DNA of 64,000 nt from an uncultured candidate division Zixibacteria bacterium (GCA_963817915.1 CAWFQL010000017.1:1-64000); one strand, 5' to 3'. Positions 8,600 through 19,110 are shown, numbered from the stretch's first letter. Notes: generated by a model not told the origin, from the sequence alone. Numbers and translations are program-made.

Positions 8600-10805
8600 T
8601 TGGTGAAGTTTTTAAGAAATCTTATCTGCTTGTCATTTATAGTCTTAGCTTTTTGCGGTTTTGACGCCAAAGCGTTAGGCTTCGCAGATTCTCAGTCAAA
8701 ATCGACAATTCCAGCTTCCATTCTTCGCAGCCATGGCCCAGATGCCTTCGGATACTATTATTACGATTCCGATGACAGCGCCGCCAACGCCCCCGCATAC
8801 CAATGGATCGAAATATCATCCAGCGGCATCGAAATCGACAGTATGTCCGATGATCATTCAAGGGGACCTTATCCAATCGGATTTAATTTTTCCTATTACG
8901 GCTCGTTAAATTCTAATTTCAGAGTCTGCTCCAACGGTTTTCTGAGTTTCACTTCGGCATCCACCGAATATTTCAATTCGGGGCTTCCTTCAACTCTCGA
9001 TCCCAATAATACTCTGGCTGTTTTCTGGGATGATCTCACTCCTGACTCTTTAAGCCATCTTTACTATTTTTCCAATAACCTTGATACATTGATTGTAGCC
9101 TGGCATAATTATCATCGCTCTGTTCGTGAAGGAAGGTACACATTTGAAGTGATACTGACCGCCAATGGAAATATTACCTACCAATATCAATCGCTTAACG
9201 GCACACTCGATTCCCATACAATTGGTATTGAGAATGTAAACGGCACTATTGGACTCGAATATATTTACAATTTCCAGTCAAATGAAACCGGAAGAGCCAT
9301 ACTGTTCAGCCGCACACCTCCTGATTATGGCCAGCATAATATTCTAATTGTTGCCGCCGATTCGGCTTCGCATTACATCAACGCTATGAGAGCATTTTCC
9401 GATATGGGCAATATTGATTTCTTCGACGCCCATATTGCCACGCCGACCTTATCTCAATTGCAGACTTATGATGCAGTTGTGGTTTGGTCCAATATGCAAT
9501 TTTTCGACGCGACTGCTCTTGGCAATGTCCTGGCCGATTACCTTGACGCCGACGGCGCTGTCGTCCTTCACCAATTCTGCTTCGGAATCGGATGGGCGCT
9601 TAGCGGCAGATTGATGTCGCAATATTCGCCATTCACGACGGGCGAAATATCTACCCATCGAAGGTATCTCGGATCTTACGACCCCGGCCACCCATTGATG
9701 GCGGGTGTCGATTCGCTTTCCGATGTGCTAACCGCATCGGTGCAATTGCGGAATTCACCGATACTGGTAGCATCCTATATCGATGGCACACCCCTGATCG
9801 CATATAATCCGATAAAAAAGTTGGTCGCCATCAATGGTTACGCTGGCGACACCCAGCAATTCACCGGCGATATGTTCAGGCTTTCACATAACGCCATCAA
9901 TTTCGCGATCGATGGCGCGCCACAAATACTAATAGTCGCTTCCGATGATGCCCAAATGGCGCGGCGCGAATTATCGACATTTCCCGATATTCATTCTGTC
10001 CATATATACGATGCCCGTCTATCCACTCCTACCATTCAACTTCTTTCGACCTATAAGGCCGTAGTGGTTTGGGGAAATGAAGCCTTCAGCGATCCGATTG
10101 CGCTCGGAAATAACCTGGCCGATTTTCTCGATGGCGGCACGCGCAGGGGAGTGGTCCTGATGCAATTTTGTTTCGGCCATACGGGCAGCTTGCAGGGTAG
10201 AATCATGAATTCGTATTCGCCATTCACGACTGGAAATATCCCGTATATCACTCGTACATTGGGCTGGTATAATGATGGCAATCCCCTGATGAATAACGTC
10301 AATAATGTCACAGATTATTTTGCGTCCAATGTATCTTTACAGAATGATCGCAGAGGTTGTCGCTATATGGGACGACAATACTCCCTTCGTGGCTTTTAAC
10401 TCCGTCAATAATCTGGTAGCCATTAATGGCTATATCGGCGATAATCGCCAATTCACCGGCGATATGATCACATTGACATACAATGCGATTCTATTCTCCC
10501 AGGATAGATTAAGCTCCGTCGATGAAAGCCCCGCCATCCCATCAGCCTTCGAGCTATATCAAAATTACCCAAATCCGTTCAATCCATCCACAACTATCGC
10601 GTTTGATCTGCCGTCAAAATCCGATGTCTCTATCGAGATACTCAATATCCTCGGCCAAAAGATCGCTGTCATGCCGCAGGGCATACTTGAATCCGGCCAT
10701 CATACGATCACTCTTGATGCCGCATCATTGTCATCCGGTCTCTATTTCTATAAATTATCCTCCGGCAATTATTCCAAAATCAAAAAAATGACCTTGTTGA
10801 AATAA
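8600..10805 (+). CDS. Secreted protein with a duplicated ~200-aa domain and T9SS-type/FlgD-like C-terminal sorting domain; one frameshift near 10345
   Basis: Signal peptide; GPDAFGY..DS start; repeated ILIVA.D...PT...L.TY.AVVVW.N...ALGN.LAD.LD; ORF 10305-10805 completes the second repeat and ends QNYPNPFNP...KKMTLLK. Confidence 0.75.
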
Positions 10806-10815
10806 TAATCGGATT

Positions 10816-10862
10816 CCGTCAGATCGTAGTCCCGAAATCCTATGTCGGGCGTGACCCGACGG
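10816..10862. repeat. ~47-bp imperfect palindrome, family B copy 1
   Basis: CCGTCAGATCGTAGTCCCGAAATCCTATGTCGGGCGTGACCCGACGG; related to 12503 and 14042. Confidence 0.75.
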
Positions 10863-10922
10863 CATTTTCTTTCCGGGTGGCATGCTTTTTCGTCGCAGGC
10901 GGATAAGCATGTAAAATTTTCT

Positions 10923-12494
10923 TTATCGCACCCCATACAAAAACCATTGATGGCGCCACGACATAAAACCCTCGATTTTCTTTAACTTCACGATCATATC
11001 CCGCTCGTATTTCTCCGAACGCCATTGAATATATTTATTGCTGTTTTCCCAGCCGATTATGTACTCAATTTTGGCTTCCTTTATGTAATCAATATTCCTC
11101 ATCTGCTCTAACGATTCGTAGCATTTCTTGTTTACCACGCCATCTAAATTAATCACCTTGAGATTTTCCGCGAAATAACCCAGCGCCCCGGTCTGCGAGC
11201 TTCCCACTATCGAGCCATCAGCAATATTATCTTTGGCCCAAATTCCGATATTCATATATCCGAGAGACGTCGAATCTTTCGAAAAATAAAGCGATCTAAA
11301 CGACGGCTGCACTCCAAATGCGCAAATTATGAAAACAATCAGCGAGATAAATATGCTCTTATTAATTATAGGTCGTCTACTGATTGAAATAAAAGAATCC
11401 ACCAATAATGAAAAATAAAGAATGATTACCAGAGTAATCGGATATAAGTAACGTTCAAAATACCATTCCCCGAAAACAAAAAAATTGTAAGCGCAAAATA
11501 ACAATATACCAAAAATCAATATCGTATTGTAAGCTCTAAACTTTTTCAATAAATTGGAAATCGTCTGCCTCTGTTTGGATACCATTAGAAATAAACCAAA
11601 AGCGAAAATCAGCGAAAGGTATACCCAATTATTTACGAGAATGGCCTTTAAACCTCGTTTTAATATGATAATGGGCCAGTTGGCAAATTCAGGATCATTT
11701 GCAAAGACTGTCAATGACATCAAGCGGATCGCCTTGCCGCTCAACGGCAAAATATCGCCAGTATAATAAAACGAATACAACAACCACGGCGAATATGCCA
11801 ATAATGCGCCCGTCGAAAGCAGTACAATTGCTCTAATCGATTGCACAATTGGAGTCTTATTTGATACTGTAGTAATCATCAATGATATTACAATTGCCGG
11901 AGCCAATAGAAAATTATCGATCCTCGCCAGCGCGGCTATCCCGATAATTATCCCTATTTTAAATGGCAATTTTGAATTATGACTTTCAAGAAGCTTCGAC
12001 TGCCATTTCTGAAAATAGTAAATTGTTAAGACGATGAAGAAGGTCGATATCGAGGTTTCAAGGCCATTGCAGGTGGTGGCGATTATATAGGGATTTACAA
12101 TCCAGGCCAACGCAACAATATATTTCGTCCTCTGCGATTCGCAGTGCTGGTTTATTATTTTGATTATCAGCCATAGCGATAAGGTATCAAAAATAGCCAG
12201 CAGAGCCAACGCCAGATGCACCGGTGTTATCAGATCGTTCGGGAATATTTTCCATAATGGGGCAATCAGGAAAACATAAAGCGGCTGAAACCCGTTGGAA
12301 TAATCCAAACCATAAAGAGGCCCTAATCCCTTCGCAATATTCTTTGCGAATGTAAACGAGATATAAGCGTCATCGGGGATCGTCAAACCATCGATAAATT
12401 TCAATGGCCTGATAGCTACCAGGAAGCGCAGAAGGAAATTTAAAGATAATATGAAAAATAACAATCCTGATTTGAATCTTTTGCTTTTATGCAT
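10923..12494 (-). CDS. Polytopic membrane protein, probable GT-C-fold glycosyltransferase
   Basis: DDAYISF.FAKNI.KG.G, NGFQPLY, GLET, ARID, GALGYF...NLDGVVN; many hydrophobic segments. Confidence 0.7.
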   Translation of the reverse strand: MHKSKRFKSGLLFFILSLNFLLRFLVAIRPLKFIDGLTIPDDAYISFTFAKNIAKGLGPLYGLDYSNGFQPLYVFLIAPLWKIFPNDLITPVHLALALLAIFDTLSLWLIIKIINQHCESQRTKYIVALAWIVNPYIIATTCNGLETSISTFFIVLTIYYFQKWQSKLLESHNSKLPFKIGIIIGIAALARIDNFLLAPAIVISLMITTVSNKTPIVQSIRAIVLLSTGALLAYSPWLLYSFYYTGDILPLSGKAIRLMSLTVFANDPEFANWPIIILKRGLKAILVNNWVYLSLIFAFGLFLMVSKQRQTISNLLKKFRAYNTILIFGILLFCAYNFFVFGEWYFERYLYPITLVIILYFSLLVDSFISISRRPIINKSIFISLIVFIICAFGVQPSFRSLYFSKDSTSLGYMNIGIWAKDNIADGSIVGSSQTGALGYFAENLKVINLDGVVNKKCYESLEQMRNIDYIKEAKIEYIIGWENSNKYIQWRSEKYERDMIVKLKKIEGFMSWRHQWFLYGVR

Positions 12495-12502
12495 TTTTTA
12501 TT

Positions 12503-12549
12503 CCGTCGAGTCATAGCCCCGACATCCTATGTCGGGGCGTGACCTGACG
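12503..12549. repeat. ~47-bp imperfect palindrome, family B copy 2
   Basis: CCGTCGAGTCATAGCCCCGACATCCTATGTCGGGGCGTGACCTGACGG. Confidence 0.75.
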
Positions 12550-12566
12550 GTAAGCAAATTTTCCAA

Positions 12567-13310
12567 CTATTCCAGCTCATAGCTCACTGTTACGCTTGCC
12601 GTGACACTGACTTTGCGTGGCGTGGTATTATCGGGCGAAGTAATAAAATCTGGGCTAACTGTCGTAGAGGCGTTGAACGGATTGGGATATTGCGATGTTT
12701 GCTGCCAGGGGTAACGATTATATCCCGTATCATTTTTCGATGGATTCTCCACTACGCTGACGGCTTTACCGATTTTTGCGCCGACCTGTTGGGCCATATC
12801 GGATGCTTTACTCGTCGCCGCCTTGACCGCCATTATCCTGGCTTCATCCTTATATTTTCTCAATTCTATTACTCGGTATTCTGTATTGTTTAGAGTACTA
12901 AATCCCGCATACACAAGATCGGAAACGAATTCCTCATATTTTGACAAATCCTTGAACGAGATATTTATCTTTTTGGATAGATGAAAGTATTCCTGGTCCG
13001 AGCCGCCTCTATTTGATCGCGAAACTTCCATAAAATCGCTCTGTACATCATCGGAATTTACGCCATACCTACCTGTAATTCCTGATAACTCCCCCATCTT
13101 ATCGGCCAATTTCCTCTTGGCGTCATCCAATGAAGGTTCTGTAATCTGAATAGCGATTCTGATTAGCGCCAAATTGGCGTCGACCTTAATTTCCGAATCC
13201 CCGTTGACCGTTATTGTTCGTTTTGCGGCAGTCTCTTGTGATAAGGCTACCGAATAAAATGCCATCAATAAACCTAAAACCACTGTCACGATACCCATTG
13301 TTTTCTTCAT
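12567..13310 (-). CDS. SIMPL (DUF541) domain periplasmic protein
   Basis: Signal peptide; RTITVNGDSE, AVKAATSKA..MA...G.KIG, C-terminal V.ASV.VSYEL. Confidence 0.85.
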   Translation of the reverse strand: MKKTMGIVTVVLGLLMAFYSVALSQETAAKRTITVNGDSEIKVDANLALIRIAIQITEPSLDDAKRKLADKMGELSGITGRYGVNSDDVQSDFMEVSRSNRGGSDQEYFHLSKKINISFKDLSKYEEFVSDLVYAGFSTLNNTEYRVIELRKYKDEARIMAVKAATSKASDMAQQVGAKIGKAVSVVENPSKNDTGYNRYPWQQTSQYPNPFNASTTVSPDFITSPDNTTPRKVSVTASVTVSYELE

Positions 13311-13393
13311 GGCAAACCGCTCCTTTGATTTAATAGTTATTATCCTATCAATTATATTTTAGATAATGCTATAAGTTCCGTCGTGTTGTAGTT

Positions 13394-13441
13394 GTAGGTC
13401 GGCGTTGCGAGTCCGGCAGCTGCCGGACGAGAACGCGACAT
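13394..13441 (+). repeat. GTAG-headed REP-like palindrome
   Basis: GTAGGTCGGCGTT..TCCGGCAGCTGCCGGA..AACGCGACAT; related to 33912-33956. Confidence 0.65.
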
Positions 13442-13446
13442 CAATG

Positions 13447-13998
13447 CTACAGCAACCATGACACGCTTGCCAATATGATCCCGAAGAGTGTGCCATATAT
13501 TATTGTCACAGGATCGGCCACAGGAATAATTTCACGTAACCAGTAATAATAAACAGAATTCCAGCAACCGCGATTTCAAATTTTGATGTGCCCGGCATGG
13601 GAGTTCTAATAAGAAGCCTATGAACGAATAAAAAATGCAAACAGCATCGAATGGCCGCTAATCGGTAACCTGACTGACAGCCTGAACGACGGATAGCCGA
13701 AGAAAAGTATCGCTATCTGAATTCCAAACAGCAAAACCTTGAACTTGAAATTATTGATTGCAAAATATGCTATAGAATCCGCGACCAGCATCCCTAAAAT
13801 TGGAAACGCTGTTATCATATACCAGAACGGCACATGTTTCGGGCAGGTGTCGCGACTTTGGCATTGGCCCTTGCGGACAAGCCATATCGACGCCGATCAA
13901 GGTCATGAAAATAATTATGGCCCATCTGGTCAGCGGCGAAGTCAATATTTTAGCTAATGGTTTGTTGAATTCGAAAAGCATCTTAGTGTAATTTTCAT
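13447..13998 (-). CDS. Hypothetical membrane protein, frameshifted
   Basis: Overlapping hydrophobic ORF fragments (13751-13981, 13618-13833, then to TAG at 13447) in successive frames. Confidence 0.45.
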
Positions 13999-14041
13999 AT
14001 CAGCCGAGGTGGCATACTTGCCCGCCGTAGGCGGATTTAGG

Positions 14042-14138
14042 TTCCGTCAGGTCGTAGTCCCGACATTTTGTCGAAGCATGATTCAGCGGAAAATTAATTT
14101 AAATCCGTGAGGTCGGGTGACCCGATACCACGACGCAA
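14042..14138. repeat. REP-like palindromes downstream of RAYT (family B copy 3 and GGTCGGGTGACCCGATACC)
   Basis: TTCCGTCAGGTCGTAGTCCCGACATTTTGTCGAAGCATGATTCAGCGGAA; second element repeated directly at 14829-14858. Confidence 0.7.
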
Positions 14139-14182
14139 TGAATAACATAGACGATTTATTAATTTGCTGAATTATGTTTTCC

Positions 14183-14785
14183 TTAGACTGGGACAAATTC
14201 TTTATCCTGCTTCCAATTGAGAGGATTTAGTTGAATGTAATTCCTTGTCGCATTGAGCTCCTTTTCATTCCTGATTACATGTTCGTAATAATTCCTCTGC
14301 CAAATTGATATTCCGGGCCGCCCGTACATTTTATTTATTTTGTTTGATACGGCAGATTTATAAGATCCAACAATCGCTGACAACGATCCTGCCGTAGGGG
14401 CGCGGCCTGCCGCGCCCGCCTGGGATTTTACATCGATTTGGGCATAATGTGGAGCCGCGCTCGCCCGAGATATCGAGTCATTTTGGGCACAGCATGCTGT
14501 GCCCCTACGAATATCTTTATTGATTATAACTATAAAATGAATATGATTAGGCATAATCGAAATCTCATTTAATTCAATATTGGGAAAATGATTCGGAAGA
14601 TCATTCCAACATTCGTTAGCAATAATGCCAGCCTCACTTAAGCCCATGATGCCATTTCTTATATCACCGAATATGAATTTCTTTCCTGATGAACATATTG
14701 TGACAAAATACGGGCCGCTCTGCGAATAATCATATTCCTTCAGACGAATCGATCGTCTATCGTTTTTGTATTCTGCTGATAACAT
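14183..14785 (-). CDS. REP-associated tyrosine transposase (RAYT / TnpA-REP, HUH Y1 family)
   Basis: RRSIRLKEYDYSQSGPYFVTIC, MPNHIH (HUH), WQRNYYEHVIRNE, YIQLNP; flanked by palindromes. Confidence 0.9.
   Translation of the reverse strand: MLSAEYKNDRRSIRLKEYDYSQSGPYFVTICSSGKKFIFGDIRNGIMGLSEAGIIANECWNDLPNHFPNIELNEISIMPNHIHFIVIINKDIRRGTACCAQNDSISRASAAPHYAQIDVKSQAGAAGRAPTAGSLSAIVGSYKSAVSNKINKMYGRPGISIWQRNYYEHVIRNEKELNATRNYIQLNPLNWKQDKEFVPV
14394..14508. repeat. Inverted pair of GTAG-REP elements inside the RAYT coding sequence
   Basis: GTAGGGGCGCGGCCTGCCGCGCCC (14394-14417, +) and GGGCACAGCATGCTGTGCCCCTAC (14485-14508, GTAG on -). Confidence 0.85.
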
Positions 14786-14828
14786 TTTTCGCGCGAAAGG
14801 GTGGCTTCACTCGAACGTTGTTTTGAGT

Positions 14829-14858
14829 TGGGTCGGGTGACCCGACACCACAACGCAC
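14829..14858. repeat. REP-like palindrome upstream of RAYT
   Basis: GGGTCGGGTGACCCGACACCACAACGCAC, direct repeat of 14109-14138. Confidence 0.75.
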
Positions 14859-14875
14859 TCTATTATTCCGACCCC

Positions 14876-16199
14876 CTATTTCTTCTTCCCCTCCCGTTCC
14901 TTCTTCATCTTCTCCAGCCACCATTCGAGCTTTTCCTTGAGCTTGGCCTTCCATCGCCGCGCTCGGTCGGAATATAAAAACGACTGCCGATCAGCTCATC
15001 CGGCAAACATTCCATATAGGCGAACGCGTCCTCGAATTCGATGGGCATACTTGTATCCTTCGCCATAGCCCCATTCCTTCATATACGATGTTACCGCGTT
15101 GCGGATATTCATCGGCACCGGATAGGCGGGCTTATTCGCAACAGTATCGCGACCTTTTCTAAGGCGCTCATAAGATGGAATTCGATTTGGGCGCGAGCGC
15201 CATATATATCACCGCCTCGGCAATGGCCAATTCACCCTCGGGCGAGCCGAGAAAATGGTATGCGTCTTTGGCGCTGCCAATGATACCTGCAAGGCTCGCG
15301 GATCGGCTAAGCCCGACATCCTCAGCCGCAAACCGGATCACCCGCCGCACGATATATAAGCGGGTCCTCGCCGCCGTCCAGCATCCTCGCCAGCCAGTAC
15401 AGTGACGCGTCGACATCGGATGCCCTCATCGATTTGTGCAACGCCGAAATCAGATTGATAATGCTCCTCGCCGGCCTTATCATAGAGCAATGTCTTCCGC
15501 TGTGCCGCATCGGTGACCAGAGTGAGATCGATATTCTTCTTGCCGATTTGGTCACGCTCTCGGCGCAGAATTCGAGCAGGTTCAAGCTGTTGCGGGCATC
15601 GCCGCCGGAAAGCTGCACGATCTGCGTTAGGGCGTCATCATCCAATGACAGATTAGTCTCGCCCAGCCCGCGCTCTTTGTCCTCAAGCCCGCGCTACACG
15701 ATTGTCTTGAGATGTCAATCGAGAGCGGCTCCAAGAATAAACCCGGCACCGCGACAAGCAGCGCCCCGATCACCTCGAACGATGGATTCTCGGTCGTCGC
15801 GCCGATCAATCGAACAGTCCCATCCTCCACATGCGGCAGGAATGCGTCCTGCTGGGCCTTGTTGAAACGATGAATTTCATCGATAAAAAGAAATGTCCCT
15901 TTCTGACCATATCCTTTGGCCTCGGCGATAATCTGCTTGATCTCCTTGACCCCGATGTTACCGCCGAGAATGGCACAAAACGCGCCTTGGATTTCAGTCG
16001 CGATAATCCGCGCGATCGTAGTCTTGCCGGTGCCCGGCGGACCCCAGAGGATTATCGAGCCAACCCGATCTTCTTCGATAGCCCGACGCAGGGGAGGGCT
16101 TTGCCCCAACAGCTTTTCCTGCCCGACAAATTCATCGAGAGTCTGCGGACGCATCCTATCGGCTAATGGCGATTTGGCGTCGCTTTGAAATAATTCCAT
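14876..16199 (-). CDS. rarA: Replication-associated recombination protein A (MgsA/RarA), multiply frameshifted
   Basis: PLADRMRPQTLDEFVGQ, WGPPGTGKTT, FIDEIHRFNKAQQD, ATTENPSFEV, ISALHKSMR, AEDVGL, G.PEGE, APKSN across consecutive fragments. Confidence 0.85.
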
Positions 16200-16255
16200 A
16201 ATATAAAAATAGCTCTGCGCGATTATTATGTCAATGAAACTATAATAAGCCCCAA

Positions 16256-16321
16256 GTGCGGTCGAGTCTCCGCACCCGACCGATATTCATCTGGGCGGCA
16301 GGCGTCCCACCTGCCCCTTCC
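16256..16321. repeat. REP-like family A copy plus GGCAGGCGTCCCACCTGCC palindrome
   Basis: GTGCGGTCGAGTCTCCGCACCCGACCGA; near-identical copies at 33875, 34020, 56382, 56999. Confidence 0.85.
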
Positions 16322-16335
16322 CCAATGCCATGCCA

Positions 16336-17487
16336 TCACAAGAGCTTCAAAATTATCTCATCCGAGATAAAAAGCGCCTTGTCGGTCAATTTGATAATAT
16401 TATCTTCAAGAGTTATATACCCTTCGGCCAAGAGCCCGCCGATTTCCAACTCTTTATCGTCGAGAAGATCAAAATGATATTGGTTGTATATCAAATCCAG
16501 CGGCAACCCCTCGCTCAGCCTCAGACGCATCATGATAGTCTCTTCAAACATCTTGTGGTCATCGAGAGTCTCCTGCTCTGATGGCGGGGCCTGGCTCCGT
16601 TGAGCCGAAATAATATAGGCCTTTAGATCGGGTAGATTTCTAATGCGATCACGATTATTGAATGATACCGCCGCCGGCCCCATGCCTAAATATGGTCTTC
16701 CGTACCAATACTTTAGATTGTGATGACATTCGCGGCCCGGCTTCGCAAAATTGGATATTTCATATCGAGAATAACCGGCATCTGATAATTTTGCATTTAA
16801 TAAATAATACATCTTGCTTTGAATCTCTTCCGATGGCAATTCCAGTTTGCCCTGAGCGTGCAATTTCCCAAATGATGTCTCTGGCTCGATTATCAAATTG
16901 TAGGCTGAAATATGCTCGGGCGAAAGCTCAATCGCCTGCTTTAAATCATTCTCCCATTCTTTCAGGGTCTGGCCGGGAATTCCAAAAATAAGATCGATAC
17001 TTATATTGTCGAATCTCGATTTACGCGCTTGCTCGAATGATTCAATAGCGGTTCGGGCATCATGCAGACGTCCCAATCGCTCCAAATGCTTATCATTGAA
17101 GCTCTGAACTCCGATCGAGATTCTATTGATGCCGGAATTCCGATAATTTTCGAATTTGTTTTTGTCCACCGATGATGGATTGCATTCGATAGTAACTTCC
17201 GACTTTGGGGATATATTGAAGCTCAGCTTGAGTATGTCAAAAATCGCCTTGATCTGCTTTTCTTCTAATATAGATGGTGTTCCGCCGCCGATGAATATCG
17301 AATCGTAATGCAGACTACCATAGTCTGTATCCGACCTTAGCTTCGATTCAGCCCCGAACGCCTCGATAAATTCATCGATTTCGCCGTTTCCGGGAATCTT
17401 CGAATAAAAATCGCAATAGAGGCATAACTTCCGGCAGAATGGTATATGCACATAGATTCCGCCAAATGACGTAATCACGCTGCTCAT
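16336..17487 (-). CDS. hemW: Radical SAM heme chaperone HemW (HemN-like)
   Basis: YVHIPFCRKLCLYCDF, GGGTPS, RISIGVQSF, YEISNFA, HNLKYW. Confidence 0.9.
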   Translation of the reverse strand: MSSVITSFGGIYVHIPFCRKLCLYCDFYSKIPGNGEIDEFIEAFGAESKLRSDTDYGSLHYDSIFIGGGTPSILEEKQIKAIFDILKLSFNISPKSEVTIECNPSSVDKNKFENYRNSGINRISIGVQSFNDKHLERLGRLHDARTAIESFEQARKSRFDNISIDLIFGIPGQTLKEWENDLKQAIELSPEHISAYNLIIEPETSFGKLHAQGKLELPSEEIQSKMYYLLNAKLSDAGYSRYEISNFAKPGRECHHNLKYWYGRPYLGMGPAAVSFNNRDRIRNLPDLKAYIISAQRSQAPPSEQETLDDHKMFEETIMMRLRLSEGLPLDLIYNQYHFDLLDDKELEIGGLLAEGYITLEDNIIKLTDKALFISDEIILKLL

Positions 17488-17526
17488 ACCAAAAGAATAT
17501 GGAAAAATTTTCCTTACCGCAAGTGA

Positions 17527-18207
17527 TTATGAAGAAGTAAAGAGCCTGTCCCAACGAATCCGCTGGGAAAAGTGAATAAGATTATAGAAAAATATCTGTA
17601 ATGCCGGCGTAATATAAGGGGATTCCATCTTGGGAGCATTGGGATCCGGCGCCCATGAGAAATATACAAACAGAGCTTTGCCCTTGATAGATTCATTTTT
17701 TACAAACCCGAACTGCCGCGAATCTTCGGCAGAATCCCGATTGTCACCAAGTACGAATATATGGCCGGGCGGTACCAGTTGCGTCTGCATATAATCTCTA
17801 TTGGAAAAGTCTGCAGGTAATATCCTGTAATCGGAAAAGCTCACGGTCGGTTTTTCTTTTAACTGTTCACCATTAACCAGTACCGTCTTTCCGGAAATCT
17901 GCACTATCTGGCCTTCAGTCGCGATAATTCTACTTACCAGATCAACACCCGTATGGAATGGATGCTCAAACTGCACCAAGTCTCCAGGGCTCGGTTTTGA
18001 ATTCCAGTACGATATCTTGGAAATAAGAAGATAGTCGCCGGTATATAAAGACTTATTCATTGAATCGCCGGAGACCTTGAATGGTCCAACTAAAAATATC
18101 CTTAAAATCACTGCAATCAAAATGAAGATTGCCAGGCCCTTAAGTAATTCCGCCGTTTTCGATACCGAACGACGGGCCTTATTTTTGATTCTCGGTCTTT
18201 CTATCAT
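17527..18207 (-). CDS. Signal peptidase I family (S26) protein; catalytic Lys position is Ser
   Basis: Single TM helix, GDSM, GDYLLISK, LVSRII (normally xKRxx), GDNRDSAEDSRQFG. Confidence 0.85.
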   Translation of the reverse strand: MIERPRIKNKARRSVSKTAELLKGLAIFILIAVILRIFLVGPFKVSGDSMNKSLYTGDYLLISKISYWNSKPSPGDLVQFEHPFHTGVDLVSRIIATEGQIVQISGKTVLVNGEQLKEKPTVSFSDYRILPADFSNRDYMQTQLVPPGHIFVLGDNRDSAEDSRQFGFVKNESIKGKALFVYFSWAPDPNAPKMESPYITPALQIFFYNLIHFSQRIRWDRLFTSS

Positions 18208-18365
18208 GCTTTTCTCTTTTTTACAGAAGGCTTTATCTATATTCCATTATCGGCAAATACGATTGAAAATTGACATAATAATATTGAATCAATCTTCTAA
18301 TCTTGACGGTATGTATTCACCCATGATAGTTGACATAATCCGTCCGGCTTCGATATTATGTAAAC

Positions 18366-19097
18366 ATGGCCACACAGCAGTTCGCAAATTTGAAATTGGC
18401 ATTTTTTGATATCGATGGCACATTGATCAGGCGCGATTTCGATGGTACCCTCAGCCTCAAATCGAGATCGTTTAATTACGGTATTAAAAAGGCTTACGAT
18501 CTTGATATCGATTATACCAAAATTCTGGGGAAGCGAATTTTCGGGCTTACCGATAGGTCAATTATCAAAAAGACTCTCGCCGAAATCGGCATCGATTCCA
18601 AAAGATATTACGACGGCGAGGACAGGCTCTTCGATGCCATCGATGAATACTTCGAGAAAAATTATCCGCATGAAAATAATGGCGGCTATCATCAGCTCCC
18701 GGGAATCCGAAATTTCCTTCAAATTCTCATAGCCAATGGTACCCGACTTGGACTGGTTACCGGCAATATTAAAAAGCATTCCGACTGGAAATTAGATATC
18801 GCCGGCCTCAACGATTTATTCACGACCGGCGGATATGGCGAGGATGCGGAAGAGCGTTGGGAGATAATGTCCTGCGCCATTAAGAGGAATTCCGATATCG
18901 ATCAACATAATATATGTCATTTCGGAGATTCGCCGCCGGACCTCGAAGCCGCTCAGAAATGCAGCATCAAAGCGGTTGCTATCACTGACAAGGGTGGCGG
19001 CACTCATTCAAGGGATGAGCTGCAATCGGTCGGTTACGGATTACTTATTGATTCATGGAATCAGATTGATCAAATCCGCGATTATCTAAATCAATAG
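18366..19097 (+). CDS. HAD-superfamily hydrolase
   Basis: FDIDGTL, LVTGN, GDSPPD motifs. Confidence 0.9.
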   Translation: MATQQFANLKLAFFDIDGTLIRRDFDGTLSLKSRSFNYGIKKAYDLDIDYTKILGKRIFGLTDRSIIKKTLAEIGIDSKRYYDGEDRLFDAIDEYFEKNYPHENNGGYHQLPGIRNFLQILIANGTRLGLVTGNIKKHSDWKLDIAGLNDLFTTGGYGEDAEERWEIMSCAIKRNSDIDQHNICHFGDSPPDLEAAQKCSIKAVAITDKGGGTHSRDELQSVGYGLLIDSWNQIDQIRDYLNQ

Positions 19098-19110
19098 CTC
19101 AAACAAGGCC

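Noticed and set aside
10816..14138. Classical integron attC cassette array
   Set aside because: Palindromes lack RYYYAAC...GTTRRRY ends and the only integrase is a phage-type xis-linked enzyme 7 kb away.
14183..14785. IS200/IS605 element with TnpB
   Set aside because: No tnpB-like ORF adjacent; motifs and REP context fit RAYT.
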